Source: Gigantopelta aegis (Eukaryota). From it: a stretch of DNA of 64,000 nucleotides. Of the stretch, positions 1-12,691 are shown piece by piece; within the stretch, counting starts at the first letter, position 1, and each line of letters begins with the position of its first letter. A model generated the notes under the pieces. That model saw only the letters and a list, made by a program, of their open reading frames with translations. It ran no database searches and had not been told where the DNA came from. Where the stretch lies: contig NC_054701.1 in NCBI RefSeq assembly GCF_016097555.1, positions 67,224,366-67,288,365 on the forward strand, written 5' to 3'. The position numbers and the translations under genes are program-made.

Positions 1-46
1 ACTCTTTGATTGAGTACTTGAAATAAATTTTCTTGTGAATTTGTAG

Positions 47-123
47 GTTTGAATGAGAATGTTGACGAAAGTTCTGGCTCTGTCAGTGATGATCGACAAC
101 AGAGTTCAATGTCATTTGCCCAG
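47..123 (+). CDS. Candidate internal exon of an unknown + strand gene whose 5' part lies off-window. Encodes ..LNENVDESSGSVSDDRQQSSMSFAQ
   Basis: Acceptor aatttgtag|G at 45-46 and donor CAG|gtactt at 124. Open frame with 2 leading bases, in phase with the next exon. Confidence 0.35.
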
Positions 124-409
124 GTACTTACTATGTCAAACCAACTACTTTACATGATAACCTTAAATAAAACAGCTGATTTAACTTGTATATTCTACCC
201 CAGATACACCACCACCACCTTTTGACAGTTCATACTTCATGTTCCTTTTAAGTTTGTGTATATTAATCTTGAATAATCATGTCTTTTGTCTGTAAAGCAA
301 ATAATAAAAAATAAATATTATTGTAGACTTTGTTTGGACTGTGTGTTAATAAATTACTACTGTAACAATAATAAATTATATAAATAAGGTTCTTCTGGGT
401 TTTTTGTAG

Positions 410-602
410 ATGTTAAAAGCTGGCAAGACACGGCCATGTGCTTGGTTAAAACCAGTTGAGAACACTGCTTCCGTGGAGAAACCAACTAAGGTGTCTGGAG
501 ATGTAGAAAGCGACGACGAAGATGGCATTCCAGTCCCTCAGTTCCAGGATTCATTCAGCAGTGCATTGTCTGCTGCCTTGGTCAGTCTGGACAAGCCTAA
601 AG
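410..602 (+). CDS. Exon of the same unknown gene. Encodes MLKAGKTRPCAWLKPVENTASVEKPTKVSGDVESDDEDGIPVPQFQDSFSSALSAALVSLDKPK
   Basis: Acceptor ttttttgtag| at 408-409 and donor AAAG|gtttgt at 603. This is a 64-codon open frame in an AT-rich background; the ATG at 410 may be the start. Confidence 0.45.
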
Positions 603-1249
603 GTTTGTTATTATTAATAGTAGGACGGGATCTAGCTCATGTGATAGATCACTCACATCAGGTGCCTGAGTCCAAGGATTAAAACCCCTTGTGGACCAAT
701 TCGCTGATCGTTTTTTTTCCACCCACCTGATCAGTGTTCCATGACAAGTATATCAAAGGCAGTAGTATGTTCTGTCGTGTCTGGGAAAGTATATAAAATA
801 TCTCTTGATGCTAATGGGGGAAAATGTTGCTGGTTACCTCTGTGTGTATGTCAGAATTACCAAACATTTAATGATTAATTAATCAATGTGCTTTAGTGGT
901 GTCGTTAAACAAAACAAACTTTAACCTTTGATGAATATTTGTCATTCTCAAAATTCATATACAAATAATCTGTTTTCAAGGGAGTGTGGAACATGCATGT
1001 ACAATAAAACCAAAAAAAAGGATATGTGAGTATGTCATAAAGGAGGTGGGATGTAACTCGATGGTTGAGAGCTCACCAGAGGTGCTGTGGATCATAAGAT
1101 TATCTGCCCTTAATGATCTTCAAATAGGAAAGTGACATTTTAAAAAATGCTTTGCTTAGTTTTTCAATAGTAGTAACCTATGTAACGTTCAAAATATTTC
1201 ACAAATGATGTATTTATTGTACTTTTTTTTTTATTAATTTTTTTTCAAG

Positions 1250-1335
1250 ATGGGGAATCAAAACCTCAGAGCAGCAAAAAGAAAAAGAAGAAACAACAGC
1301 TTCTCTTTACTACAGCAATGACACGTGGGAAATAG
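1250..1335 (+). CDS. Terminal exon of the same unknown gene. Encodes (D)GESKPQSSKKKKKKQQLLFTTAMTRGK* with a Lys-rich tail
   Basis: Acceptor ttttttttcaag| at 1248-49. Phase 1 from the previous exon gives GAT. Stop TAG at 1333-1335. Confidence 0.4.
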
Positions 1336-3644
1336 GCCATTGTGTTATCAACAGAGACTTAACGGAGCATTGCTATTTCTTACCCAGCTACGTCTTACCC
1401 AACGCGGATGATTAATTTACCTGTGGATTGCTAATATGTAGAGCTATATTTCATCTATAGCTAACCCTGTTATTCAGATGTTTTTTGCCTGCCTGCATTT
1501 TGTGAATTACCGTAATTCTGTATATCCTGTTAATCAATTTTTCAGTATATAGATGTATATTTTAATACCAGTACTAATTTCCAAGTATATTGGTGTATAT
1601 TTAATCCAGTTCTACATCTATAAAGGATGCAGGTGATGCAAATGGAAGTCTTTCATTAGGTTTTAAATTGATAATGACGTACAGTTAAAAGGGGAGATAA
1701 GGACTTCCTTTTGGTGAACGCAGTGTTTTCATCAACTGCCATTGTTAGGAAAAGAAGCAACCGATTTTCTTTGTTGTAATTTAGTCAGCATAAGCATGTT
1801 GTTGTAAACTGCTGGTTTTTCCATATTCTGCCAAAATTAATATAATAAAGTGATTGTTGTTATAATTCACCAGGTCATGTGTAGTGTTCTGTTAACATTG
1901 CTTCATATGACTAATACTAGTGCTAAACGATGTCAAGTATTCTGACATAAAACTTGGGATAATTAACACTACTGCTGTGGTTATTAAAGATATTTTATAC
2001 ATGACACGTTTAAAGAGACTATCCTGAGTTTGCTAACTTTGTTAGATCTTTACGACAAATGGAGCATTTTTCTATAACTGAAATCGCATATTAAGTAAAA
2101 AAGAGTTTTAGAATATGCAGAGCTAGCTGTGACATCAAATTCACCAGCTGTGAATTTTAAAAGCAAATGTCAAATTTTATGTCTATTTGGGCTAAATAAT
2201 TGCATGAAATAATTTATATTTGTTATAAAATTAACTGCTTTGATAAGTTTTAAATAGAGAAGAATGCAACGAGTTGTTTTAAAATGTATTTAACAAGCGA
2301 AAGCGAGTTTAATACATTTTTAAACAACGAGTGGTATCTAACGGACACAAATATATTATTTTATTTCTTACATATCCTCAAAAACCAAGGTTTAATCAAA
2401 TTTTAACATCTTTATCGATTAAAAGATATTTACAACCCTTTGCACTTGTAGCTGACTTGTGCGTGACACACACATTACCAGGTTAATTATACGTCGCAGT
2501 GTAATCGATTTACACCGTGCTGTTTTTTTTATTGTATGTATGGCATTGGTGACCTGGTCATCACCTAGGAGCAGTCGGTCGTATGTCTTGAAATTGTTAG
2601 CACTCGTACATGTAAACCACTATAATGCATGGTGTACTCGTCAACGGGTGAGTAAGAAAGATAATTTAGAGAAATTAAGAGTCCCATGTCTGTTTCTGAT
2701 CATTCTAATGTGTGTTGAATATTTTGTCACACAATTATTTTTATCAAGAAAATTTCTGGAACGTCTTAAGAAAGTAGCATGTGACATTTTGTCTTGGTTC
2801 TGTTATTTTTGAAATATTAATAGTAAATTATGCCATAAACTGAAAGTGATCAATTTTTATTTATCATCAATGTTGGTGATTGCAGTAAATTTAAATTCAC
2901 GCACACAACCGTTTGGTGGAATGTTGCCATTTTTGAAGTAATGGCATATTAGGTTGTACATTAGTCATAATCCACTGAAGTGGATAGCATTTAATGCTGA
3001 TATTCTATATTTGTAAAATGTACATCTGAGTCCTTTTTCCCCTCTATATTATTTATGTTTGCTTTTTATGAAAGTTGTGTTTTAAAATGTTGTTTATTTT
3101 GAGGTTTGCGTAGATGAGCCACTAATTCACTACCTGTGTTAGTGGTCCTGTTGATATTTGCTGTTAACTTGTTGTTTGGCTGTTTGTAAATAAATCTGCT
3201 ATATTTGTGTAATGATCTTTTGCTGTGGGATTGGGTGGGTGCAAAAAAAAAAAATGCATTCAGCTTTTTGCCAATAATAAATGAACTATTTGTATCCATA
3301 CCCCTTCCCACCCCGATAAAGTTGCCCATTAAACATTGATTATTTTTGTGATCCTGGGCTCAGTTCCACAAAGCAGTCTTAGATCTTAGCCCTAAGATCA
3401 CCTTATGTGCCTAACTCTGGGAACATTTTGCTTTTAACATCTTGATTAACGATATTTCTAGTGAATTGAAAATGGATTAGCAACTACTGTTTAATGTTTT
3501 AAAATTGTGTAGTGATTCTGTGTAACTTTCGTAGCAAATCGCGACACGATACTGAACAAAATGTTCCCTGTAACTACTGTTGCAATTATGGTGATCTTAG
3601 TGCTAAGATTGCTTCATGGGATGGGGCCCTGGAATGGTAGTGAA

Positions 3645-3764
3645 TTACTGGGTAAACTATTCAAGACTACTACAGGGTTCTTATGCGTCCTGGAAATCCT
3701 GGAATTACTGGGTAAACTATTCAAGACTACTACAGGGTTCTTATGCGTCCTGGAAATCCTGGAA
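3645..3764. repeat. Perfect tandem duplication of a 60-bp unit, 2 copies (ggaattactgggtaaactattcaagactactacagggttcttatgcgtcctggaaatcct)
   Basis: Identical consecutive 60-mers read directly. ORFs 3561-3788 and 3616-3801 are artefacts of this repeat. Confidence 0.85.
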
Positions 3765-5333
3765 TGTCCTGGAATTTTGCAATTTTAAAATCCAAGCCTG
3801 AAATGTCTTGGGGGAAAAAGCATTAAATTTTATTGTTCTGGAAATTTAGGCCAAAAATTCAGTGGTTTATTTTGTTGGCATCTTTACTTTTGTTGTCCTC
3901 ATAAGCTGTCTAAATTCAAACAACAATTTGTTGTAAAAACATTCATTGATTGAACATTTCATGTCCTGGAATTGTTTTTGAATGTCTTAAAATGTTATGT
4001 TTTTTTCAAGTGTAAGAACCCTGTACTACTACTAATACTACTACAACTTTGCTTTTGTTTTCCATTTGTTACATTTATGCACAAACTATTTGTTTTAAAT
4101 TTTGGACAATCCAGATGCTGCAGTAGAAACTAGCAGAAAATTGTAAAAGGAATGTGCGTGCTTGTTTTGATGCCATTGTCGTGGTTTTTGTAGTCTGATG
4201 GTTTACTGAATGATTTTTGTTTTTTGTTCCTGGTATGACAGTACGGACAGCTATTGAATTGTTAACGTCAGCACAACAGCATTGCTTGATTGTTTAATTT
4301 ATGACAAATTATGTTTATCATATACTACAAAATGTGATAGTTCCAAAAGTTTGGTGATTTGTTTTGACTGATTAAAACAGAGAAGTATTAGTGTTGTTTT
4401 CGTGATCACTTAATTTTACAAGGTGTTGTGGCACCCAGATAAATGTTTTGAAGATTTATAACAATTGTATGCTATCTCATTTGTAGTCTTTTTTTCCCCC
4501 CGCTCTTCACCACAACCCCCACGCCTGGTGATGGAATCTTATTTTATCTTGCTTAATGCAAATATAAAGATTAAAATTACCATTGGGTGATTAAGACAAA
4601 GTGATTGTTTTTATAGTCAGTTTAGGTTTGTCAAGTTCTCAATTTCTTTTGTATACTTTATACTATTGCAGTTGAGAACTAAAATAAAATGTTTAACAAC
4701 ACCTGGGTAATTTTATAGATTTATATAATGAGACCTCAGAACAATTCACAAAGCTCTCTTAGGCTCTGCTAGATAACAAAGCATCCTCTTTGCAAGTCTT
4801 TTAGCATTGCACTGCGAGCTAGCATAGTTGCAAGAGTTTAGTGAATTAGGCCCCTGAACTACATCCTCCCCATCCTATTTTCAATTAATAATGGTCGTAC
4901 TTAAAAATGGTTTGTTCTTTATGATTATCCTCTAAAGAGTGAATCATTCAACATGGTAAATTCTTATAATTGATGCTGATGGTTTTAATTAATGTGTAGA
5001 TTTTAAAAATAAATATCACTGCTAAATTTGCATGGAATAAGCAACTCTGTTGTAAATAGAAATAAATTGTTTGTCATTTGGACCACACTGATGATCTAAA
5101 CGAGATATACATAAGATCTTATTTTAGACAAATATCTATAGAAGTCTACAAAATGTTATAATTTCCATAAATGCATTGGTTTTAGATATATTCATATTCT
5201 AAGCAAAAAGAAAAGTAAAAATATTTTTAAATGACTACAAACTCATCGCTGCTTTAAAAAATCATTTTAAAATAAAAGAAAAAACAAACAAAAACAAGTA
5301 ACTGTATATTTATGAAGTTCTTATTGATCACAT

Positions 5334-5521
5334 TTACTGTAGTTCTGCATTACAAGTATACTGCTTTTCATTCAAACGTCCACCTTCAATCTTGTATATT
5401 GGAGCAAACAAATCGTCTATTGGCATGTTCCATGGAAACCAAATGTTGATATCAATCCATATGCACAGAGTTCGAATTCTCCATGGTTTGAGTTCTTCTT
5501 GAGGAAATATTTCCCTAATTT
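5334..5521 (-). CDS. Candidate terminal exon of an unknown minus-strand gene. Encodes ..IREIFPQEELKPWRIRTLCIWIDINIWFPWNMPIDDLFAPIYKIEGGRLNEKQYTCNAELQ*
   Basis: Minus-strand acceptor ttttcttgcag| (its AG is plus ct at 5522-23). A 61-codon open frame ends at a TAA whose reverse complement is plus tta at 5334-36. AT-rich 3' flank. Confidence 0.35.
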
Positions 5522-5849
5522 CTGCAAGAAAAAAGAAGTGAGGTTTACTGTGTTTGTAAATGTGGATTAAAATCGATTCATGTATTGTGCATTTATCACA
5601 CTGAAGCTGGTGAATCTGCTTATCGGGATAGTCCTACTATATAACTTTTTTTGTGTCGTTCAAAATACTTTGAGCTACTAGAGTTGCGTCAATTAAAAAA
5701 ACAAAAAACAATAAACAAAGAAATGGGGGGGGGGGGGGACGCCCCAGAAAATCTATTAAAGAACACAAAAAAACCCACCAAAATAAAACAAAAAATCTTA
5801 ATATAATATAATATACTCGGTAACCTAAACTATTTTAAGAGTACAAGCA

Positions 5850-6150
5850 CACGGTCATAGGCGTACGAGCTCCCATTTTTTCAAGTGAAAGGTCTGCTGA
5901 TGTTTACCCTAATTAAAACGAAAATGCCTGGATCTGGATAAGAACGTTTATTTACATTATTTACACTACCCCTACCAGCTAAACAGGGTTCCAAATGACA
6001 AGTGCATTTTAAAATGGATTACAACTGAGTAGACTCATTTAAATACATGGAGAAAAGTGTTTCTCGTGTCTGAATGCGAAGATTTTTCTTTAACACCGGG
6101 GGAGGGGGGTTGACCGCCACCACCCCTAAGTTTTGTACGCTTACTCACAT
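5850..6150. repeat. Dispersed repeat copy A. Begins ataggcgtacgagctcccatttttt and contains aaaacgaaaatgcc and gaatgcgaagattt
   Basis: Shares several blocks with 9545-9890 and 6360-6560, all read in this window. Confidence 0.4.
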
Positions 6151-6359
6151 AGCTCAGTTACACGAAAAATCTGCCACCTTAATTGGATATAAGCACGAAA
6201 GTAAATTGAAACCTTAGCAGGACTAACCTTTTGGTGAGGTACTTGAGCATCTCAATAAATAAAACGTTGGGAGCAGACTATAATCCATTGTAGACAGGTC
6301 TACTGAGTGGTAGGATCAACCACCAAACACCTCCGCTAATATAATTACTATGCAACATG

Positions 6360-6560
6360 TATAGGCGTACGGGCTCCCATTTTTGTAGGTGGGCAGGTCT
6401 TAATAAATCTTATTTCAAATTCTACCCACCTCAAACTTACCCTCCCCCCTCTTGCACTCGTGCCTGAACCTTCGGAATATGGGCAGGCTGACTTGCCCGA
6501 ATTAAACGGACATGAACGAAAATGCCCGAATTTGGAAAAATAAATAAAATTAGTCATATT
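6360..6560. repeat. Related dispersed repeat copy (ataggcgtacgggctcccatttttgtagg ... gaaaatgcccgaatttgg)
   Basis: Similar 5' block and internal block to the copies at 5850 and 9545. Confidence 0.35.
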
Positions 6561-6664
6561 AGCATTACTACCAAAGAGCTATCGAGGGTTGCAAACGAGT
6601 CACTAAGTGAGTATATTTGCAAATGATGACTATAATTTACAAACAATTCCTGCAAAGCCCTTAC

Positions 6665-6800
6665 CTTCAAAACTGGAACGTTCCATGGCATACATAGGGA
6701 CGTTTCTACAGAAATCGTCAACGTATTTACTGCCGGAGCTGTCCACCTGTTTTGAGGTCTGGTAGTGTATTCCATTGCTACACGAGCGAATGGTCTTGCC
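6665..6800 (-). CDS. Candidate internal exon on the minus strand. Open in two frames, so the product is uncertain
   Basis: Minus-strand acceptor atattgcag| (plus ct at 6801-02) and donor |gtaagg (plus ccttac at 6659-64). 136 nt with no stops in two frames. Confidence 0.2.
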
Positions 6801-6874
6801 CTGCAATATCGAGTAATACGTTATAAAATCTTCTGAATTTTAAATAGTGTCGTGGTCTTGTATTGATATATATA

Positions 6875-8438
6875 TACTACTCAAAAGAATTTAAGGGTCA
6901 GACGATATTTTCGACATTATTTTCTGAATGTCAATTATATTAGCTAGACCATAATGTCACGCATGGTATTGTTCCATTTTGACGAAAGTGGGTCTAAGCA
7001 ACCCATAAATGAATTAAAATCAACTGTCATTGACACTGTCGACTAGTTCTAATGGCGAAAACATGCTTACATTTGCACGTAAATTAGGGCGAAAGCGAAA
7101 GGTCTGCTAAGTGCCCATAACTTGCTTTTTCACAAAGCGCTTCATTTGCACGCTTTGCACGTGTATTCCATGTTCCCAATGCTGAATTTCCGTATAATTG
7201 GAGCTTGCGTTCGTGTACGGTGCACACTCCAAATTCGACAATGGTACGACTTCAACTGACTATCGAAGATCGAGGAAGGGCTATTGCTTGGCTTCAGGAT
7301 GGCAATACGTAAAGAAATGTTGCTCTGAGACTTGGTGTCAGTCAGAGTGTCGTTGGCCGACTGTGGCAACGGTACCAAGCAACGAATTCTGTTCGAAATC
7401 GTCCACGTTCGGGAAGACCCCGAAGCACTACAAATAGAGAGGACCGCTACATCACCAATATGGCTCTACGTCAACGCACAACCACTGCACGCCGATTACG
7501 TGACAATCTGCGGACTGCGACTGGAACTCGAGTGTCTGATCAAACCATACGCAATCGTCTGAGAGCCAATAATCTACGCTGCCGTCGCCAGGCTGTTCGA
7601 CCACCACTCCTACCACGTCACTCCTACCACGGCCAGACGTCACTGGTGCACGCTTCATCTGCGGTGGCAACGTGTTCAGTGGGGTCGAGTGATGTTCACT
7701 GACGAGTCCAGGTTTAGTCTCCAGTTCAACGACGGTCGGGTTCGTGTCTACAGACGTCCTGGGGAGCGCTTCGTTGACGTTAACGTTAGACAACGTCACC
7801 GTTTCGGTGGTGGCAGCGTCATGGTGTGGGGCGGCATCTCTATCCACCACAGGACCCCCCTCTATGTGGTGGATGGCAATCTGAATGGAATCCGCTATCT
7901 GAATGAGATTGGCGGCGGGGCAGTTCTGCAGGATGACAATGCCAGACCCCATCGCGCCAGGGTGGTAACGGACTTTCTCAGACAACAAGGTATCGCCAGG
8001 ATGGATTGGCCAGCATATTCGTCTGACTTGGCCCCAATAGAGAACGCCTGGGACGAATTAGGCAGGAGAGTTCGGGATAACCATGCCCCTCCGGCCAACC
8101 TTCATGATCTGGGTCAACTTCTTATGGCAGAGTGGCAGGCCATTCCCCAAGAGTTCTTCAGACAGCATGAGGCAACGATGTGTCGAGTGTATTCGCGCCA
8201 GGGGTGGATTCACACACTATTAAACGAATGTTCTAATGTGTAAAATCCATGTTTGACAACCTTCAACTTTGACAGCATGTCATGTGACTTTCTTGTATAC
8301 AGTGACATTTATTTGTGTTTTTTTGTAAATATGGAACAATAAATAAAAAATTTGGTGTAGTTTACATCATCAATCTAATACACTCTGAAACTTATTTGGT
8401 TATAAATTTTTGACCCTTAAATTCTTTTGAGTAGTATA
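6875..8438 (+). mobile_element. Tc1/mariner-family DNA transposon, about 1.56 kb, non-autonomous because the transposase is a pseudogene
   Basis: Terminal inverted repeats of about 28 bp: TACTACTCAAAAGAATTTAAGGGTCA at 6875-6902, and its reverse complement ending at 8438. Both ends are flanked by TA. An internal Tc1-like transposase ORF is present. Confidence 0.85.
7241..8243 (+). pseudogene. Tc1-like transposase of the DD34E type, interrupted by a premature stop and at least two frameshifts
   Basis: The N-terminal helix-turn-helix part MVRLQLTIEDRGRAIAWLQDGNT ends at a stop at 7310. The frame then shifts (RLWQRYQATNSVRNRPRSGRP..). A second shift is caused by an 11-bp tandem duplication, ctcctaccacg twice, near 7600-7625. 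The C-terminal 184-aa ORF 7689-8243 carries VMFTDESRF, QDDNARPH and SSDLAPIENAW. Confidence 0.85.
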
Positions 8439-8475
8439 ATATATAAAAAGAAAACTATAGGCGCCAGTCGTCTCC

Positions 8476-8502
8476 CTCGACCCCCCCCCCCCCCCTCTCT
8501 CT

Positions 8503-8546
<44 letters not shown>
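8476..8546. repeat. Compound simple repeat: (C)17 then (CT)6 then (GT)20
   Basis: Read directly. Confidence 0.95.
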
Positions 8547-8548
<2 letters not shown>

Positions 8549-8839
8549 TAAATACAAGCCAAAACAAATGTGATGATTCATTATAGTAACGACAACCTTT
8601 TAAACTTTTACGTTTGCTGTTGTACAATCACACACACATATATATATACACGTGTGTGTCGCCATACACACTTGGTCCTAAACCAATAGAAACGTGTTTT
8701 TTTTTTACACATCGACAGTAAAATAACTGGGAAAATTATCCCGCACCTTCCGACTTGCCCAAAGCTATTTTCAAATGAATAACTGAAGAAAGGGGTTCAG
8801 CATACAAATGATCGACCTTAGTCCATACGGTGCACACGT

Positions 8840-9200
8840 CTGCCTGCCAGGTACCAGCTATAAACACAGGTTATAGAGAACTTCGATCTGCCTCTCTCTC
8901 GCCTTCCATTTCATTTCACTTCAACTTATTTTCGTGCTTATATCCAATTAAGGTTCAAGCAAGCTGTCCTGAGCACACACCTCAGCTATCTCGGCTGTAT
9001 GTTCAGGACAGTGAGTTAGTTATTAGTGGCTAGTGACAGAGAAGATGGTGTAGTGGTCTTACACGTACCCATTGAGTCGTTAAAACTCGCTCTGGGTGAG
9101 AGCCGGTACCGGGCTGCAAACCCTGTACTTATGTCCGATGGCTTAACCACGATACCACCGAGGCCGGTACCTTCCCTTTCTCCTTCCCCGGTACAATCAG
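8840..9200 (-). repeat. tRNA-derived SINE, family C, in reverse orientation. Its tail is ..ttaattggatataagcacgaaa..
   Basis: Reverse complement of the family seen at 22340, 56575 and 63030, including the ggttcgcagcc B-box-like block and the tggcgcagtgg A-box-like block. Confidence 0.55.
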
Positions 9201-9368
9201 TTATGGCCATTGCATGTACCCCTATATGTGTGGTATTGCACAGGGACAAATGGGCGCCAGAATTTGTTTTCTGTAATAGCCTAAAGCGTTCGTCTATCAA
9301 AATAAATATAATTATTAAAAACATAAAATTATCTTTTGTATGAGATCTGCTACATCATTTAAATATAC

Positions 9369-9482
9369 GCCACTTACTTTTCTGCTTTTTAGCTCCTTAG
9401 CGGTTGTCTTGAAATCCTTAGCTACTTGACCAAGGAAACATCCTCGTCCTTCCTTTTCTCCGTAAGGCACGTACTTGATGGC
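9369..9482 (-). CDS. Candidate internal exon on the minus strand. Encodes GVLAIKYVPYGEKEGRGCFLGQVAKDFKTTAKELKSRK
   Basis: Minus-strand acceptor tctatcgcag| (plus ct at 9483-84) and a consensus donor |GTAAGT (plus acttac at 9363-68). 38 open codons. Confidence 0.25.
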
Positions 9483-9544
9483 GAGGACACCCTGCGATAG
9501 ACATGGCATATGATCACCTATTACTAACAAAGAGCGAATCACAA

Positions 9545-9890
9545 TTACAGCAATCATAGCTAGGCGTACTTGATCCTATTTTTTGTGGGAAGACAGACTG
9601 ATTGTTTGTCCGAATTAAATGAAAATGCCAAAATCATGGTAACAGTGTTGATTAACATTTGTACAAATTATTACAAAACGGCTATATATGGTTCCAATGA
9701 TGATGGAAATACATGTACATGATAAAAAGGTCAGCTCATTTTGCCAGAACGTCTTGTTCGCCTTTGCCCGAATGCGAAGATTTATCCTAGTGCTAGAGCA
9801 AATCCTCAAATTCGGGGCAAAATTATTGACTCCCCGGTTTCGATCGTACGCTTATGACATCAGTCATAAGCAATCTTCACTGTAGTAAGA
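9545..9890. repeat. Dispersed repeat copy B, related to 5850-6150
   Basis: Shares ctaggcgtac..., aaatgaaaatgcc, gaatgcgaagattt and gtacgcttat with copy A. Confidence 0.4.
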
Positions 9891-10423
9891 TCCTTTTGTG
9901 TGCGCGCGTGTGTATCCGAATGTGTGCGCTCGTGTGTGTATATTTACAAAATTATGTGGTCATGCATATCTCTAATGACGGATAGTGTGGCTGTGTGTGT
10001 GTGGATGTACATTGTAAACTATAATTACCTCGACGAGCATAAATGTAAGTTTTTGTTAGCATAAGGGGTATATTCCTCTGTGTCCTTCTCATTAATAAAT
10101 CTGGGGAGGGGAACCGCGTGACCCTTGACCCTTGTGATATTTCAGGCTATGCTTAGCTACTGGTTGATACTTTTCTCTTGTTTCAGCTCTTTACAGCGTT
10201 TTCCTTTCGAATCCAGATATACCATTTCTTTCTTTCTTTTTAATCATGTCCTAATGTTGGTTAACTATTTTTGGTGGGGCAGACGTCGGGCCTTTTGAAT
10301 TTCAAGATTTAACTGGCTATCTTTAAACAAGATATATTTTATGAAGCTCAGTATACGTGTACTCGTTATGGTATTAGTAATTAATACATTAAAAGAGAAG
10401 GCGCTAAGGCATGTTTAAAGATT

Positions 10424-11100
10424 TTGACACTAAACTGTCAAGGACTTGGGGATTCAGAAAAGAGAAAAGATGTGTTAAACTATTTAAATTGTAAGAACTA
10501 TAACATTTATTGTCTCCAGGATACACATTTTACGACAGCCTTAGAACCGTATATACAGACGCAATGGGGGTATAAATGTTTCTTTAGTTCATATGCTACA
10601 AATGCCAGAAGCGTAGCCGTTATGATTAATATTAATTTCAAATACAGTGTACACAGAATTAAAATGGAGAACTTGGGGAATTTTATTTTAATAGATGTTA
10701 CAATTAAAGGTGAAAGAATTACACTAGCAAATATATATGGACCAAATGATGACAACATAATTTTCTTTCAAAACATATTTGAGTATATTGTACAATTTGG
10801 AAATGATAAATTCATAGTATGCGGAGACTTTAGTATTTAGTATTAAATCAAGACTTTGACATGGACACTAAACACTATTTACATGTTAACCACCCAAAGG
10901 CTCAAAAAGTAGTTGTTGAAAATATGGAAATGTTTGATGTAAAGGATGCATTTAGAGAATTATATCCAAATTTTAGACAATATACTTGGAGAAAAAAGAC
11001 ACCGCCAAAACAAGCCAGATTAGATTTTTCCTTATAACAAATAATTTAATGCCAACTGCAGAGAAAATAATAGTTGAAAATAGCTATCGCTCAGACAACT
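10424..11100 (+). pseudogene. LINE AP-endonuclease domain, broken
   Basis: Stop after ..GDFSI at 10840. Endonuclease-like sequence continues in another frame (DFDMDTKHYLHVNHP..YTWRKK..). Confidence 0.7.
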
Positions 11101-11741
11101 CAGGAGTAGTTTTATTTATGTAGCTAAACCAATTTAAAACAGGTAGAGGTCTGTGGAAATTCAATAATTCGTTGCTATTATGTAAAGATTATGTTAATCT
11201 AGTAAAGGATACAATCATAAAAATTAAATACCAATATGCAGTACCAGTATATAATTATGAAAAACTAGAATTGATTTCGGATGACGAAATCCATTTTTCT
11301 GTAAACGACCAACTTTTCTTAGAAACGCTGCTCATGGAAATAAGAGGAAAACAATATCTTATGCGTCTTTTAAAAAGAAACAAAATAATGAATTAGAAAC
11401 TAAGTTGTCCGATGATATTAAACGTTTGGAGGAAGAACAAAATATTGTTTCAAAAGAAATTGAAAAAAACCCTTATGAATTAATGGAACTGCGAAGAGAA
11501 AAGCTTAAAGGTCATTATATTCGGTCACGTGCAAAATGGATAGAAGAAGGAGAAAAACCAACAAAATATTTTTGTAACTTAGAATCAAGGAACTATTTTA
11601 GCAAACTTGTTTCAAGAATACGTTTAGAAAATGGATAAGAAATCCGAGGTCAAGAAGAAATTCTTAAAGAAACTAGAGCTTTCTATCAAAAACTTTACTC
11701 CGCACCAGAAGGACAAGATGACAAGGATATAATAGAAAAAA

Positions 11742-12691
11742 ATGGGTGAATTAAACTTTAATAAATTAACTGATGAAGAATCTGAACAATTAGAAGGTGA
11801 ATTAAAATACTCAGAAGTACTAGCATTTCTCAAAACTATGAAAAACGATAAAAGTCCTGGATCTGATGGATTTACTGCAGACTTCTTTAAATTCTTCTGG
11901 ACTGATCTCGGTCACTTTATAGTCAGGTCTATTAACAATAGTTACTCCATTAAGGAAATGTCTAGTGTACAAAAATTTGGTATAATTACATGTATTCCCA
12001 AAGCAAATAAACCTAAAGAATTTCTTAAAACCTTTATTGAACTGTACTTATAAAATGGCATCCGGCTGTATCGCAAACAGAATACAACAGGTATTAGATA
12101 AAATAATAAATAATGATCAAACCGGCTTTATTAAAGGACGATATATTGGAGAAAACATTAGACTCATATACGACATTATGCAGTACACTGATACACAGAA
12201 CATTCCAGGTTTATTGCTATTTGTCGATTTCGAGAAGGCCCTTTGACTCGGTATCGTGGTCATTAATAAATAAAGCACTTGATATTTTTAATTTTAAATC
12301 TTCGATTAAAAATTGGATCAAAACATTGTATAACAACTCTTTATCAAGAATATTGCAAAATGGTTTTCTGTCTGAACCGTTCATGCTAGAAAGGGGGTGT
12401 AGACAAGGGGACCCGTTGTCGCCATATATTTTTATTATTTGTGCTGAAATTTTAGCTATTATTGTTAGAAATAACGAAGCCATTAAAGGTATTGATATAG
12501 ACGGCCAAGAATACCTTATATCGCAATACGCCGATGACACAAGCTTCATTCTTGACGGATCTCCCGAGTCCTTGTACGGTACATGTAAAGTTTTAGATTA
12601 TTACGCACGTATTTCTGGTTTAAAAATAAATGATTTTAAATCAAAAGCCATAAGGATTGGAAGTAAAAAGTTCTCTAACGAGTTTTTTTAA
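11742..12691 (+). pseudogene. LINE reverse transcriptase domain, frameshifted
   Basis: Reverse transcriptase motifs are split over three overlapping ORFs in different frames. Confidence 0.75.

Noticed and set aside
2459-2812. 117-aa + strand ORF in the AT-rich region downstream of the first gene fragment
   Set aside because: It starts at an alternative codon and has no splice signals or compositional shift. It most likely lies in a 3' UTR or intergenic region.
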